Shown: positions 28,565 to 38,875, numbered from the stretch's first letter. The stretch is 64,000 nt of DNA from Gemmatimonadota bacterium (GCA_020344015.1 CP070812.1:2740126-2804125), one strand, 5' to 3'. Made by a program: numbers and translations. Notes: generated from the sequence alone by a model not told the origin.

Positions 28565-30306
28565 CACGCCTTGTAGCGGCTAGTAATAGGAAGGCGCCGG
28601 TCCTTACCGAAGGCGCGGCGCGAGATACGGATGCCGGGTGGCGCCTGGCGCCGCTTGTATTCGGCGTGGTCGATCATCTCGACGACCCGGCGGACGACCT
28701 GCCGATCGAAGCCCTGGTCCTCTATCTCCTCGGGGCTGCGGTCCTCCTCGACGTAGGCCTCGATGATCGGATCGAGGATGTCGTAGGGTGGCAGGCTGTC
28801 AGTGTCGAGTTGGTTCTCGCACAGCTCGGCTGAGGGCGGCTTGTCGATGACGCGTTGCGGGATAACCTCATCCTCACGATTCCGCCACCGCGTCAGTCTA
28901 TAGACCCAAGTTTTCGGTACGTCCTTGAGTACGGCGAAGCCGCCGGCCATATCGCCGTAGAGGGTGGCGTAGCCGACGCTCATCTCGCTTTTGTTTCCGG
29001 TCGCCAGCACAAGCCAGCCGAACTTGTTCGAGAGGGCCATGAGGAAGTTGCCACGGATGCGCGCCTGGATGTTCTCCTCCGCGACATTGGGCTCGGTTCG
29101 CTGGAAGTGTTCTTTGAGCGACTCGAGGTAGCAATCGAACACACCGTCGATCGGTATCTCGAAGAAGTCAACGCCGAAGCGCCGAGCGATCTCGGCGGCG
29201 TCCTCGCGATTCGTGGCCGCCGTGTAGCGGGAGGGCATCGAGACGGCGGTGACGGCTTCTACCCCCAGGGCATCCACCGCGAGGGCAAGTGCGAGGGCCG
29301 AGTCGATCCCGCCGGATAGCCCGAGCACGACGTGCCGAAAATCGTTCTTGTGGAAGTAGTCGGAGATGCCCAGCAGCAGGGCCTGATAGACTTCGGCCTC
29401 CGGATCGAGGAGTTCGGTCGACGGCTTGACCTCGAGCTCGGGCTTCTTACGTCGAGGTCGGCGCACCGGCGCCACCTGCACCCGGTTGGCCGGCGCCTCG
29501 ACCCGCTGGCGCCAGCGCGGATCCTGCAAGCGCCGGCGCGACACGCCACTCAAGTCGAGATCGATCACCACGTGATCTTCAGCGAACTGCTTCGCCCTGG
29601 CGCGGACTATGCCGCTCGGGTCGATCACCAGGCTGTGCCCATCGAAAATCAGCTCGTCCTGCCCCCCGATCGTATTGCAGAAGGCGAGGAAGCAGCCGTA
29701 GTCCTCACAGCGAGTCGCCAACATCCGCTCGCGGGTCGGCCCCTTCCCGCGACTATACGGGGACGCCGAGATGTTCACGAGTAGATCGGCCTTACCGTCC
29801 AGCACGGCACGCTGTGCCGGACCGCCGGGGTACCACAGATCCTCGCATATTGTCACTCCCACCTTCACCCCATCCATGTCGAGCACCAGAGTGTCCACTC
29901 CACGAGCGAAGTACCTCTGCTCGTCAAAGGGGCCGTAGTTGGGGAGGTAGTGCTTGCGGTACCTGGCGGCTATAGCGCCTCCCGTGACCACCGCTGCGGT
30001 GTTGAACAGGTCGTCGCCGAGCTCTGGGAACCCGATCACGGCGACCAGGTCCTCCACCTCAGCGGCGAGGTCTCGGAGCGCAGCCTGCGCCCGCTCGGCA
30101 AAGTGCGGCTTGAGCAGCAAATCCTCGGGCGGATAGCCGGTGATTGTCAGTTCGGGGAATAGCGCGAGGTCGGTCCCCAGCTCGCGCGCGCGCGCGAGGC
30201 TCTCGCGGACCTTGTCGACGTTCCCGTCGATGTCCCCGACAACGAGATTGCGTTGGCAGAGCGCCACGCGAATGACCCGATCATCGCCTGGAGATGACTT
30301 GCCCAT
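28564..30306 (-). CDS. nadE: Glutamine-dependent NAD+ synthetase
   Basis: Nitrilase domain (FPEL, KHYLPNY, ICEDLW), GLSGGIDS, NIQARIR, TGNKSE, PPSAEL. Confidence 0.97.
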   Translation of the reverse strand: MGKSSPGDDRVIRVALCQRNLVVGDIDGNVDKVRESLARARELGTDLALFPELTITGYPPEDLLLKPHFAERAQAALRDLAAEVEDLVAVIGFPELGDDLFNTAAVVTGGAIAARYRKHYLPNYGPFDEQRYFARGVDTLVLDMDGVKVGVTICEDLWYPGGPAQRAVLDGKADLLVNISASPYSRGKGPTRERMLATRCEDYGCFLAFCNTIGGQDELIFDGHSLVIDPSGIVRARAKQFAEDHVVIDLDLSGVSRRRLQDPRWRQRVEAPANRVQVAPVRRPRRKKPELEVKPSTELLDPEAEVYQALLLGISDYFHKNDFRHVVLGLSGGIDSALALALAVDALGVEAVTAVSMPSRYTAATNREDAAEIARRFGVDFFEIPIDGVFDCYLESLKEHFQRTEPNVAEENIQARIRGNFLMALSNKFGWLVLATGNKSEMSVGYATLYGDMAGGFAVLKDVPKTWVYRLTRWRNREDEVIPQRVIDKPPSAELCENQLDTDSLPPYDILDPIIEAYVEEDRSPEEIEDQGFDRQVVRRVVEMIDHAEYKRRQAPPGIRISRRAFGKDRRLPITSRYKA

Positions 30307-30486
30307 CTTGCTCTCCGGTCTTGGACCCCGACCTGAGATCCACCCTACAATTTGCCCATCGCGGCGGGTGGCGCAAACCCCGCGGTAACCACTAGCGCCG
30401 GGGGGCCCAAGCGTGCATCCTTTATTGACTTTGCCTGCCGTCGGTAGCGGGTAAGCTCTCCACAGTCGCGCCGGAGGCGTTCAGAG

Positions 30487-31194
30487 ATGACCCAACAGGA
30501 GTCAGGCACAAACTGGCCAGTGGTTGGAGCGGGCGCCCTGTTCCTGGCCCTGGCGGTGCTCGCCTTCAACGAACCGGTGCTCCGTGCCGTTGTGGCGGTC
30601 GTGGTCTTCATCGCGGCGTTCCTCATGGCCCGGTCACGCGAAGAGTCCCCAGTCGAGAATCCTCTGCTCGAGCAGCTGAGAACGCACAAGGACGGACTCG
30701 ACCGGCGCAAGTACGGACGCCTCCGCTCGACCACCGAGCGATTGCTCGACAACGTCCGGCAGATGAACAAGATCGCCATCGACGGCCGCGAGGGACGGCT
30801 GTCACCACGTCACGCGCACGCCGAGCTCGACCGGCTGGCCGCGGTCATGCGCGACGTCATCGACGAGATCCGCAAGGCCGCCGGCGTGCCGACGCCGGCA
30901 GAGGAGCCTGGTAGCCGATCCGCCAAGGCTACGCCACCTTCAGTCGTTCTCCCGAAGGCCGCTCGCGAGGCCGAGGCAGAGTCACCGGCGACCGCCGCAG
31001 CGAAAGAAGCGGAGCCGGAGGATGAAGACGTCGAGGAAGACGAGACAGACAAGATGCTCGACGAACTAGAGGCCCAGGCGAAAGCCGAGGCGGCCCAGGC
31101 TATCGGCGAGGAAGACGAAGCGGAACCCGAGGAAGACGAAGCGGAATCCGAGGAGGACGAAGCGGAGCCCGAGGAGGACGAAGAGGAGAAGTAA
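30487..31194 (+). CDS. Two-TM hypothetical protein with helical domain and acidic tail (paralog of 32794..33234)
   Basis: Two N-terminal hydrophobic helices, a helical domain alignable by eye to the 32794 product, and an E/D-rich C-terminus. Confidence 0.8.
   Translation: MTQQESGTNWPVVGAGALFLALAVLAFNEPVLRAVVAVVVFIAAFLMARSREESPVENPLLEQLRTHKDGLDRRKYGRLRSTTERLLDNVRQMNKIAIDGREGRLSPRHAHAELDRLAAVMRDVIDEIRKAAGVPTPAEEPGSRSAKATPPSVVLPKAAREAEAESPATAAAKEAEPEDEDVEEDETDKMLDELEAQAKAEAAQAIGEEDEAEPEEDEAESEEDEAEPEEDEEEK
31108..31182 (+). repeat. 21-bp coding tandem repeat (EEDEAE[P/S]) x ~3.5
   Basis: gaggaagacgaagcggaaccc / gaggaagacgaagcggaatcc / gaggaggacgaagcggagccc / gaggaggacgaa. Confidence 0.85.
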
Positions 31195-31214
31195 TCACTT
31201 TCCAAATCGGAGCG

Positions 31215-31262
31215 CCCCGAATCCCCGAATCCCTGAATCCCCGAATCCCCAACTCTCCGACT
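31215..31262. repeat. Intergenic 8-bp tandem repeat (CCCCGAAT)-like x6
   Basis: ccccgaat ccccgaat ccctgaat ccccgaat ccccaact ctccgact, between convergent stops. Confidence 0.85.
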
Positions 31263-31264
31263 CC

Positions 31265-32719
31265 CTAGTGCCGCTCGGCCGACACCGACACGTACTTGGA
31301 GATCAGATCGAACAGCTCTTCCAATTCGTGCCGCAGCCCGTCGGCATCCGGCCCGACGAGTCGGTTCAGCCGCTCGTCGATCCGCGTCCGCAGCGCCAGC
31401 GCCTGCTGGAGCGCCGCGTCGGGATCGAACTCGGCTGCCACCTCCGCTGCCGCCTCGACATGCCCACCCTCGATCGCCCGCTGCAAAGACGCTTCGGCGT
31501 CTCTCAGCGCCCGGCTGCGAACCGCCTCGTCCTCGGTCCCGACGTAGGCCAGCAGATTGGCGAAGACCGGGCCGAACCCCGTCGCCAGCGCTTTCAGTTG
31601 AGCAGGCGGCCTTACCAGCTGGGCGCGCAGTGCGGCTGCCGCACGACGGACGACGCGCCCCATCGGCATGTGGTTGAAGGCCGCTGCCCGCTCCCGCAGG
31701 TGGCGGAGCGTGTTGGCCAGCGACTCACCGGCGAGCCGCATCTGCTCCGTGTTCGACTTGAGCATCGTGTTCCGCAGGTTCTCGCTACGCTCGAGTCTCT
31801 GAGTCGCCTCATTGATGAAGTAGCGCTCGGGTGAGCCGCTCTGTTCGGTTGCCACCGGGCACTCCACGATGTGCGGCCCCTCCGGGAAGAAGAATTCGCT
31901 TACCCAGACCACTTGTCGCGCCCGGCGCACCTTCTCCATCACGCTTTCTTTGAGCCGGTCGACCTCGACGGCCCGACCGCCGACCTTGGTGACCGACGGC
32001 GCATCCGGTCCGCCGACCTGCATCCCTTCCAGCACCTCACGAGCGTGACGAAAGACCGTAAGGTAGCCCGGCCCCACAGTCGCATTCAGATCGGCGATCT
32101 GCAGTATCAACTCCTCTACGGCACTCAGCGCTTTGTCCTCGGGCGACAGCACTTCGATCCGCTCCAACTCGCGCAGCCGACGGATCTTGCGGAGCATCGC
32201 CTTGAGCGGTTCCCGGTCGCGCGGATCGTTCTCGAGGCGCTCGACAGCATCACCGAGGTCACCGATCAGAGCCGTCAGCACGGCCTCCGCCTCGTCCGGG
32301 TCCACATCCACCGTGGCAGCATCGGGGTCCGCCTCATCCACGGTCTCCGGGGTAACCGATGCCGGCTCGTCGCTCAGAGCGTCGGCGGCCTTTCGCAAGC
32401 GGTCTTCCGCCGCCGTGTCCTCCTGCGGCAGGGCCGAGACCACCGAGTCGAGCTCCTTTACGACTTCCTGCAGCGCACGGTCCAGTTCCTCGGTCCATTC
32501 GCGTTTCCCGGCGATCACCTGAACCGAGACCTTCTGGAGCGCCGTCGACGCATAGGCAGCCGGCTCGTGGTTGGCGAGCACGGCAGCGTGTTGAAGGCGC
32601 CGCGCCGCACGACGAATACCGTCGACACTCGCACCGCCCTCTCCACCCAGCGCCTCATGCAGGCGTTCCAGGTACTTGCGCGCGTCAGTGGCGAATATCT
32701 CGAATAGATTGGAGCTCAT
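31265..32719 (-). CDS. All-helical protein with two degenerate Hpt/CheA-P1-like domains
   Basis: LFEIFATDARKYLERL...IRRAARRLQHAA and YFINEATQRLER...LANTLRHLRERAAAF resemble Hpt bundles but lack the HxLKG histidine. Confidence 0.7.
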   Translation of the reverse strand: MSSNLFEIFATDARKYLERLHEALGGEGGASVDGIRRAARRLQHAAVLANHEPAAYASTALQKVSVQVIAGKREWTEELDRALQEVVKELDSVVSALPQEDTAAEDRLRKAADALSDEPASVTPETVDEADPDAATVDVDPDEAEAVLTALIGDLGDAVERLENDPRDREPLKAMLRKIRRLRELERIEVLSPEDKALSAVEELILQIADLNATVGPGYLTVFRHAREVLEGMQVGGPDAPSVTKVGGRAVEVDRLKESVMEKVRRARQVVWVSEFFFPEGPHIVECPVATEQSGSPERYFINEATQRLERSENLRNTMLKSNTEQMRLAGESLANTLRHLRERAAAFNHMPMGRVVRRAAAALRAQLVRPPAQLKALATGFGPVFANLLAYVGTEDEAVRSRALRDAEASLQRAIEGGHVEAAAEVAAEFDPDAALQQALALRTRIDERLNRLVGPDADGLRHELEELFDLISKYVSVSAERH

Positions 32720-32793
32720 TGATGATTGGACCCGGGACTCGGTGAATGTCAGATGCCCCTGGTTCTAGGGATGGCGGGGCGCGCTAGCGAGGT

Positions 32794-33234
32794 TCAATCT
32801 GCCTCAGCCTCCCCACCCCCCGCTGCTGCGGTCTTTTCTTGCTCGGCTGACATCTGGCCGGCGGTAACGCGTATCTCTTCGATCAGATCCTTGAGTCGGC
32901 CCTCGATCCTGTCCATCTCCTTGAGCGCCGCCTCCCGACTGCGGAAGCCGCGCTCGGCGTCCACCGCCATCCAGTTGAGCCGGCGGATCTCATCAAGCAG
33001 CTGCCCAACCTGCGATCGCAGCTGCACGAAGCGGCGCTTGTGCACTTTGTCGGCCGGCGACTGGGTCACGAGCTCGACGACACCGAGCCGCGCCGACGAC
33101 CAGACGATCGGCGCCAGCAAGAGGAGGCCGAGACTGAGCCGGGCCGCAGGCTCCTCGGCGAAGTAAAGGACGGCGGCGTCCGCCAGAAGGGAAGCGACGA
33201 GGACGACGACTTCTAGAGTTGGACGACGTGGCAT
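32794..33234 (-). CDS. Two-TM hypothetical protein (paralog of 30487..31194)
   Basis: Two TM helices, then KRRFVQLRSQVGQLLDEIRRLN...LIEEIRVTAG. Confidence 0.8.
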   Translation of the reverse strand: MPRRPTLEVVVLVASLLADAAVLYFAEEPAARLSLGLLLLAPIVWSSARLGVVELVTQSPADKVHKRRFVQLRSQVGQLLDEIRRLNWMAVDAERGFRSREAALKEMDRIEGRLKDLIEEIRVTAGQMSAEQEKTAAAGGGEAEAD

Positions 33235-33349
33235 CAGGGCCTCCGCCTGGGTTTCACTTTGGCGTGTGGAACATGTCGGCAGGGGGAGCTAGGCGATCAG
33301 CCAACTGTGTAAACTAGACAGAATAGGGCATTTGCGCCAGTTTCCCCCG

Positions 33350-33649
33350 ATGAATCCGGACGAGGCGGCCCGCCTGCTCCGCGAGGAGCTCGAGGAGACC
33401 CTGGCCCACCCGGGTGACGGTCCGGCAACGCCGATCGGGCTGACCATCGTCCCGCCAGCCGACCTGGCGCCCGACACCGCATTCCGCATCCGCGCCTCGC
33501 GCGGCCCCCATACGGTAGATACCGAGCTGCCCACTGGCCTCGCCATCGCCTACCTCGCCGACGAGGAAGCGGCGGTCGATGAATGGAAAGTCTGGGTGGC
33601 GGAGCTACGACAGTCTCTATTGTGTGGGAATTCGGCAATCCACGACTAA
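33350..33649 (+). CDS. Hypothetical protein (~99 aa)
   Basis: Only plausible ORF in the gap, with GC3-rich codons. Its 3' end overlaps an inverted-repeat element. Confidence 0.65.
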   Translation: MNPDEAARLLREELEETLAHPGDGPATPIGLTIVPPADLAPDTAFRIRASRGPHTVDTELPTGLAIAYLADEEAAVDEWKVWVAELRQSLLCGNSAIHD

Positions 33650-33758
33650 TTGACTGATTGTACAAGTGAATACTCGAAATAGGAACCGTGACGGCGGTTC
33701 TGATTTCGAGTATTCACTTGTTCTATTGGTCCTCTTGTTCTCGGATTGCCGAATTCCC
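33626..33758. repeat. Nested long inverted repeat (MITE/REP-like or bidirectional terminator)
   Basis: Perfect 16-bp outer arms (33626-33641 / 33743-33758) and perfect 18-bp inner arms (33663-33680 / 33703-33720). Confidence 0.85.
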
Positions 33759-33764
33759 AGCAAC

Positions 33765-35594
33765 TCATCCACCAAGCACCTTTTCCACTTCCTGAACCGC
33801 CGACGCCGCGAGCTCCTCACATTCCTTCACCAGCGCGCCCACCTGCTCCCGCATCTCTTTGTTGAACGCCTCGTCCGAGATATGCCGCAGGTTGATTCGC
33901 ACGTTATAGGCGGCGGCGTGCGCGCCCGCCCGAGCCATGTGAGCGCCGGTCCCGACGTCGCTCACCATATCGGGATCGGCAAGTTCTGCCATCTCCGTGC
34001 ACAGGACCAACGCATCGCGGCACGACTCGACCGTAGCTAGTGGAACGCGGGAAGCCGCCTTGTAACCTTCCTCCATGGCCTGCGCACGGTCCGCTCGTTC
34101 CGTCTCGCTGTCCTTTGGCATGCGCATGGCCTCGATAACGGAATCGAACGCCCGAGTGTCCTCGTCGACGCCGCGGATCAGCGCGTCTTTGACATCCTGA
34201 GCCCGCTCAGCAATTGAGCATAAAGCGCCGTAATGCTGATCGAACTCGCCCTTGCCCACCGAGAGGTTCGCCACCATGCCGGCCAGTGCACCGCCCAACG
34301 CCCCGGCGAGCGCCGCCACCGAGCCACCGCCGGGGGCGGGCGTGTCACGCGAGACCTCATCGACGAAGTCGTAGGTCGGGCGCAGGACAAGCGGACCCTC
34401 GACCTGCGGCATGCCCAGCACTTTATCCTCGGCCTCGAAGGGTGCCACATCCCGAAGTCCCATCGACTGGATGGCAGTCTCCATGAGATCGGGGATCGGA
34501 AGCCCGGTCGACTTCTGCATTCGCCGCAGATAGAACCTGGCCGACTCGCGCAACGCCGCGAAGGGGATGACGCCGACGATCTCGGAGCCGGTGATCGCGA
34601 TCCCCCGCTTATGCGCCTCCTCCCGGGCCGCCTCCAGGACCTCGTGCGGTGGACTCACTTTATAGTCGGTGAGGTTCATGCTGATCTGCGCTTTGTGGTA
34701 GTCGTCGATCACCCAGCCGATCGCCTTCACCTGCTTGAAGCGGCCGTCGGTGAAGACGGGGCCACTGGGGTTTTCGGGATCGATTCCCAGATCCTCGTAG
34801 CGCTGGCGGAGGTCTCCGCCGTGAACCTCGCGGTAGTGTTCCGCCAGAGCTTCGAACGACTCGCCGACGAAATCGCAGGGGCCGCATGGGTAGGTGCCGT
34901 CCTCAGGAAAGCGGACTACGTCACCCTTGTAATAAAACGGCTCGGTATTTCCGCGGCGCTTCCAGCGTCCGCGCTCGCGCAGCACATAGGCGATCTCGTT
35001 GGCGTAGCGGCGGTCGGTCGTGTTGAGGTTGATGTTGTAGGCGATGAGGAACTCGCGCGCCCCAACCGCGGTGGCGCCAGCCGTCGGATTGAACTTCGGC
35101 GGGCCGAAATCGGGCTTCCAAGCCGGATCTTTCAGCCTTTCCTCCAACCCCTCGTATTCGCCGGAACGCACCTTGGCCAGGTTCCTGCGCTCGGGGGCGC
35201 TGGCCGCGTGCTCGTAGAGGTAGACAGCTATCCCGAGCTCGTCGCCGATGCGCCGACCGACGGCGCGCGCGATATCGGCGCAGTCCTCCATCGTCACGCC
35301 GGAGACCGGCACGAACGGGCACACATCCGTCGCACCGAAACGCGGGTGGGCGCCCTGGTGGCGACGCATATCGATGACTTGGGAGGCGCGCCTCACGGCG
35401 CGGAATGCCGCCTCAGCGACACCGTCGGGCGGCCCCACGAACGTGACGACGGTCCTGTTGGTGTCACGCCCCGGGTCGACATCGAGCAGGCGCACACCCT
35501 GAACCGCTTCGATGGCGTCGGTGATCTCTTTGATGACCCCGTCCTTCCTTCCCTCAGAGAAGTTGGGGACGCACTCGACGATCTTCTCCATCAT
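33765..35594 (-). CDS. ftcD: Glutamate formimidoyltransferase / formiminotetrahydrofolate cyclodeaminase (bifunctional), with inserted C2H2 motif
   Basis: IVECVPNFSEG, NRTVVT, HPRFGATDVCPFVP, AYNINL, QISMNLTD, TPAPGGGSVAA, NVRINL. Confidence 0.95.
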   Translation of the reverse strand: MMEKIVECVPNFSEGRKDGVIKEITDAIEAVQGVRLLDVDPGRDTNRTVVTFVGPPDGVAEAAFRAVRRASQVIDMRRHQGAHPRFGATDVCPFVPVSGVTMEDCADIARAVGRRIGDELGIAVYLYEHAASAPERRNLAKVRSGEYEGLEERLKDPAWKPDFGPPKFNPTAGATAVGAREFLIAYNINLNTTDRRYANEIAYVLRERGRWKRRGNTEPFYYKGDVVRFPEDGTYPCGPCDFVGESFEALAEHYREVHGGDLRQRYEDLGIDPENPSGPVFTDGRFKQVKAIGWVIDDYHKAQISMNLTDYKVSPPHEVLEAAREEAHKRGIAITGSEIVGVIPFAALRESARFYLRRMQKSTGLPIPDLMETAIQSMGLRDVAPFEAEDKVLGMPQVEGPLVLRPTYDFVDEVSRDTPAPGGGSVAALAGALGGALAGMVANLSVGKGEFDQHYGALCSIAERAQDVKDALIRGVDEDTRAFDSVIEAMRMPKDSETERADRAQAMEEGYKAASRVPLATVESCRDALVLCTEMAELADPDMVSDVGTGAHMARAGAHAAAYNVRINLRHISDEAFNKEMREQVGALVKECEELAASAVQEVEKVLGG

Positions 35595-35642
35595 CGCTCC
35601 CTGATAGCTGGATCGCGAAGGGGCTAGCTGGGTCCTGGAAAC

Positions 35643-38042
35643 CTAACTGGCGTCGGGCCCCGTGCCGAGGAGCCGCCCGACCTCCCTCACCATCGCCGCT
35701 GGAGCGAACGGCTTGCCTATTACCTGGGCGCGCAGCGACCGGATCGCCTCCAGTGCCTCGGCCGTTTGGTGTCCCGTGATCACGATCGCCGGGACGTCGA
35801 GGAGCCTGGGGTCTTCTCGGAACTCGCGCAATACCTCGAGCCCATCCTTCTCCGGGACCTCAAGGTCGGTGAGCAGAATATCGGGAGGCCTTTGCCGTGC
35901 GAACTCCACGGCCCGCGCGCCGCTGGCTACCTCGAGGCAGGCGAACCCCGCGCGCCGGAGACCGCGGGCCACGGCCAGGCGAACCGTGGGATCGTCCTCG
36001 ATCAACAGAACGACACGGCGTCGCGGGCTCGAGATCAGGCGTGCCGCTTCGGCCACCAGAGCGTCCGGATCGCCGGCGATCCAGCCGTCGGCGCCGTAGG
36101 CTATCGCCTGGTTCAGATCGCCGCCCGGACCCGTCAAAAGGACCGGGATGTCGACCGTGGCCGGCGCGCTCCTCAGCCGCCCCACGAACTCCAGCCCGTG
36201 TATGTCCTCGAGTTCCAGCCCGGCCAGCACGAGGTCGACCCCCTCCGCCCCCAGAATCTCCAGCGCCTCCGCGCCGCGCGCCGCGTCCCGCACCTCCCAA
36301 CCCTCATCCTCGAGCTGGGCCCGCAACAGCTGCTTGAGGTCCGGATCCCTTTCCAACAGCAGCGCCTTCTTCGGGCCTGCCGGGGCCCGCGGCGTCTCCT
36401 CCTCCGCCCTCGGCTCACCGTAGGCGAGGCGTAGGCGAACGAAGAACCTCGAGCCTTCACCTTCCTCGCTCTCTGCCCACAGGTCGCCGCCAAAAGCTTC
36501 GACTATCGCCCGGCAGATGGCGAGCCCCAGGCCGGCACCGCCGTGCGAGCGCGTCGCCGAACGCTCCAGCTGCCGGAACTTCTCGAAGACCTCCTCCAGT
36601 TGATCCGCCGGGATGCCCGGCCCTTCGTCCGTGATCCGCAACACCGCCTGCTCGCTCTGTCTCCACCAAGCCAGGCGAACACGCCCGCCGGCCGGAGAGA
36701 ACTTCACCGCGTTCGACAGCAGGTTGACGATCACCTGCTGAAGACGATCGGCGTCAGCTACGACCAGCGCCTCGGGATCCGACTCCTCCTGCTCGATGCT
36801 GACACCCTGTTCCTCGGCGAACGCCTCCACTGCATCGATCGCGCGAGCGGCCGCTTCGTCTATTGCGATCGGCTCCAGCTTCGTCACCACCAGACCGCTC
36901 TCGATCCGCGAGAGATCAAGAAGATCGTCGACCAGCCGGATGAGACGATCGAGGTTACGCAGAGCGATCTCGAGTAGTCCGTAAGTTTCCTCGGAGACCT
37001 CGCCGGCCGCTCCTCGCGTCAGAAGGTTGAGCGAGGTCTTGACCGACGTGAGCGGGGTGCGCAGCTCGTGACTCACCAGCGACACGAACTCGCTCTTGCT
37101 CGCCTCCGCCTCGGCCTCCGTGGTAACGTCGCGATAGACTACGATCTGCCCCAGCACCTCGTCTTCCGCTCCGCGAACCGTGGCCACCGTCCGCTGGCAG
37201 ACAAGCTTGCGCGGGAACTCGAACTCCACCCGATCGCGCAACGGCGCGCCGCCACTCCGCAGTGCGGCAACCTGAGTCGTCAGCGCCTCCGGGTTGGCGA
37301 ACGATCGTGCCAGCACCCGGTTCACCTCTTCCAGCGAGCCGCCGACAATCACCTCCTGCGGCAGGCCGAGAAGCTCGGCCATCTCCCGGTTGGCGTAGGC
37401 GACCCGATCGTCGCTCACCATGAGAATCGCCGCATCGCTCGCATCGATCAGCGATTCCAACCGTGAACGTTCCGACTGGACGCGCACGTGCTCGCGCTCC
37501 AGCGCCTCGCGCTGTGCCTGAATGGTGGCGAGCAGTCGCGAGTAGTAGAGGGAAGTGGCAAGCTGCCGTCCCAGTAGAACCGCGAGCTCCAGGTCCTCGT
37601 CGCCATAGGTCGCCGACACTTCCGCGCCGAAGTTCAGCGTCCCGATGACCTCGTCGCCCACCTCGAGCGGCACTATCAGTGCCGAGACGTTATGCTCGCT
37701 GCCCGTCCGGATACCCTCGGTTCCTTCGAACGCGTCGACGAGGATCGCCTCGCCGGTCCGGATCGCCTGGCCGGTGAGTCCCTGCCCGATCGGAAACGTC
37801 AGCTCTTGCTTGACGAACCCGCCCAGCGCTTCGTCGTACAGCGTGTGGAGGTGGTAGGACTCGAGATCATAGGACACGAGGACTACGCTGGCACGCCTGA
37901 ATTGCAATACCTGCCGGATCTTGAGGATCGCCGTCTGGAAGATCTCGTCGAGATCGAAGGTGGTGTTGATCAGCGAGGCCAACTCGGCCACGACCTCGAG
38001 CCGCTTGGCCCAGAGGCTGCGGGCTTCCTTCTCAGGGCTCAT
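35643..38042 (-). CDS. Cytoplasmic hybrid histidine kinase (GAF-PAS-HisKA-HATPase-pseudoREC-REC)
   Basis: [35 protein letters not shown]1 has VLAGLE (Asp replaced by Gly), REC2 has ILLTDLEVP. No TM helix seen. Confidence 0.93.
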   Translation of the reverse strand: MSPEKEARSLWAKRLEVVAELASLINTTFDLDEIFQTAILKIRQVLQFRRASVVLVSYDLESYHLHTLYDEALGGFVKQELTFPIGQGLTGQAIRTGEAILVDAFEGTEGIRTGSEHNVSALIVPLEVGDEVIGTLNFGAEVSATYGDEDLELAVLLGRQLATSLYYSRLLATIQAQREALEREHVRVQSERSRLESLIDASDAAILMVSDDRVAYANREMAELLGLPQEVIVGGSLEEVNRVLARSFANPEALTTQVAALRSGGAPLRDRVEFEFPRKLVCQRTVATVRGAEDEVLGQIVVYRDVTTEAEAEASKSEFVSLVSHELRTPLTSVKTSLNLLTRGAAGEVSEETYGLLEIALRNLDRLIRLVDDLLDLSRIESGLVVTKLEPIAIDEAAARAIDAVEAFAEEQGVSIEQEESDPEALVVADADRLQQVIVNLLSNAVKFSPAGGRVRLAWWRQSEQAVLRITDEGPGIPADQLEEVFEKFRQLERSATRSHGGAGLGLAICRAIVEAFGGDLWAESEEGEGSRFFVRLRLAYGEPRAEEETPRAPAGPKKALLLERDPDLKQLLRAQLEDEGWEVRDAARGAEALEILGAEGVDLVLAGLELEDIHGLEFVGRLRSAPATVDIPVLLTGPGGDLNQAIAYGADGWIAGDPDALVAEAARLISSPRRRVVLLIEDDPTVRLAVARGLRRAGFACLEVASGARAVEFARQRPPDILLTDLEVPEKDGLEVLREFREDPRLLDVPAIVITGHQTAEALEAIRSLRAQVIGKPFAPAAMVREVGRLLGTGPDAS

Positions 38043-38416
38043 CAGACCGCGTCACCCTCGACTCGTTCCACATAACGCTGCACCGCCCCCTCCAGCTCTT
38101 CCAGGTGCCGGTAAGCAGCTTTGACCTCGAGCGGATCGAGCTCGCCGTCCTCGAGCCAGCGCAACCCCACGTCGGCCAGGCCCTTCGCCGGTTCGACCAG
38201 CTCGTCCGCCTCGAAGGATGCCGCCGTCCCCTTGAGAGTGTGAGCGGTCCGGTAGAACGTGTCTGCCGCACCGGCATCATAGCCGGCGGCCAGCCGCTCG
38301 AGCGCCGACCGTATGGTGTCGGCGCGGCCCGCCAGCCCATCACGGAACTCGCGGTATACTTCAGCCAGCAGCTCGTCGGGGCTCTTACCCTCGTCGGCCA
38401 TCGGGCACATCGTCAC
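38042..38416 (-). CDS. Stand-alone Hpt phosphotransfer protein
   Basis: AHTLKGTAASF motif. Alternative start at 38401. Confidence 0.9.
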   Translation of the reverse strand: MTMCPMADEGKSPDELLAEVYREFRDGLAGRADTIRSALERLAAGYDAGAADTFYRTAHTLKGTAASFEADELVEPAKGLADVGLRWLEDGELDPLEVKAAYRHLEELEGAVQRYVERVEGDAV

Positions 38417-38796
38417 GTCCCTTCGCCTGCGCTCAATGCGAGCAACTTCTCCGCCAACTCGTCGGGCTCGAACGGCTTGAACACCACGCCGGCGACGTCC
38501 AGTTCCCTCACCCGCTCCGCATCGAGCTCTTTGCGGGCGGTCAGGAAAACCACCGGGATTCTCGCGGTCTCCGGATCACCCTTCAGCCGCTCGCACACCT
38601 CATAGCCATCCATCCCGGGCATCATGATATCGACCACAGCGACGTCCGGCTTGTGCGTCCGCACCGCTTCGATCCCTTCGGCGCCGTCGGCCGCCACCTC
38701 CACTTCCCAACCTGCCGTGAACTCCAGCGTCAACTTGACTAGCTTGCGGAGGTCGGGATCATCGTCGACCATGACGACCCGGAATGAGGTTTCCAT
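38413..38796 (-). CDS. Single-domain response regulator (CheY-like)
   Basis: VVMVDDD, VVDIMMPGMDG, FLTA, KPF. Confidence 0.93.
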   Translation of the reverse strand: METSFRVVMVDDDPDLRKLVKLTLEFTAGWEVEVAADGAEGIEAVRTHKPDVAVVDIMMPGMDGYEVCERLKGDPETARIPVVFLTARKELDAERVRELDVAGVVFKPFEPDELAEKLLALSAGEGT

Positions 38797-38875
38797 CGGC
38801 ACCCAGCGGTTTGCGGCGGGGAGGAGAGGAGAGCTAAACTTGTAACTTCAGCAACGATTGGTAAATATTGCATTG

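Noticed and set aside
34233-35627. Long plus-strand ORF opposite ftcD (similar cases: 10540..11616, 23013..23966, 31871..32707, 50276..51220, 59055..59672)
   Set aside because: These are antisense or alternative-frame shadows of well-supported genes, as expected in high-GC DNA, with no recognisable motifs.
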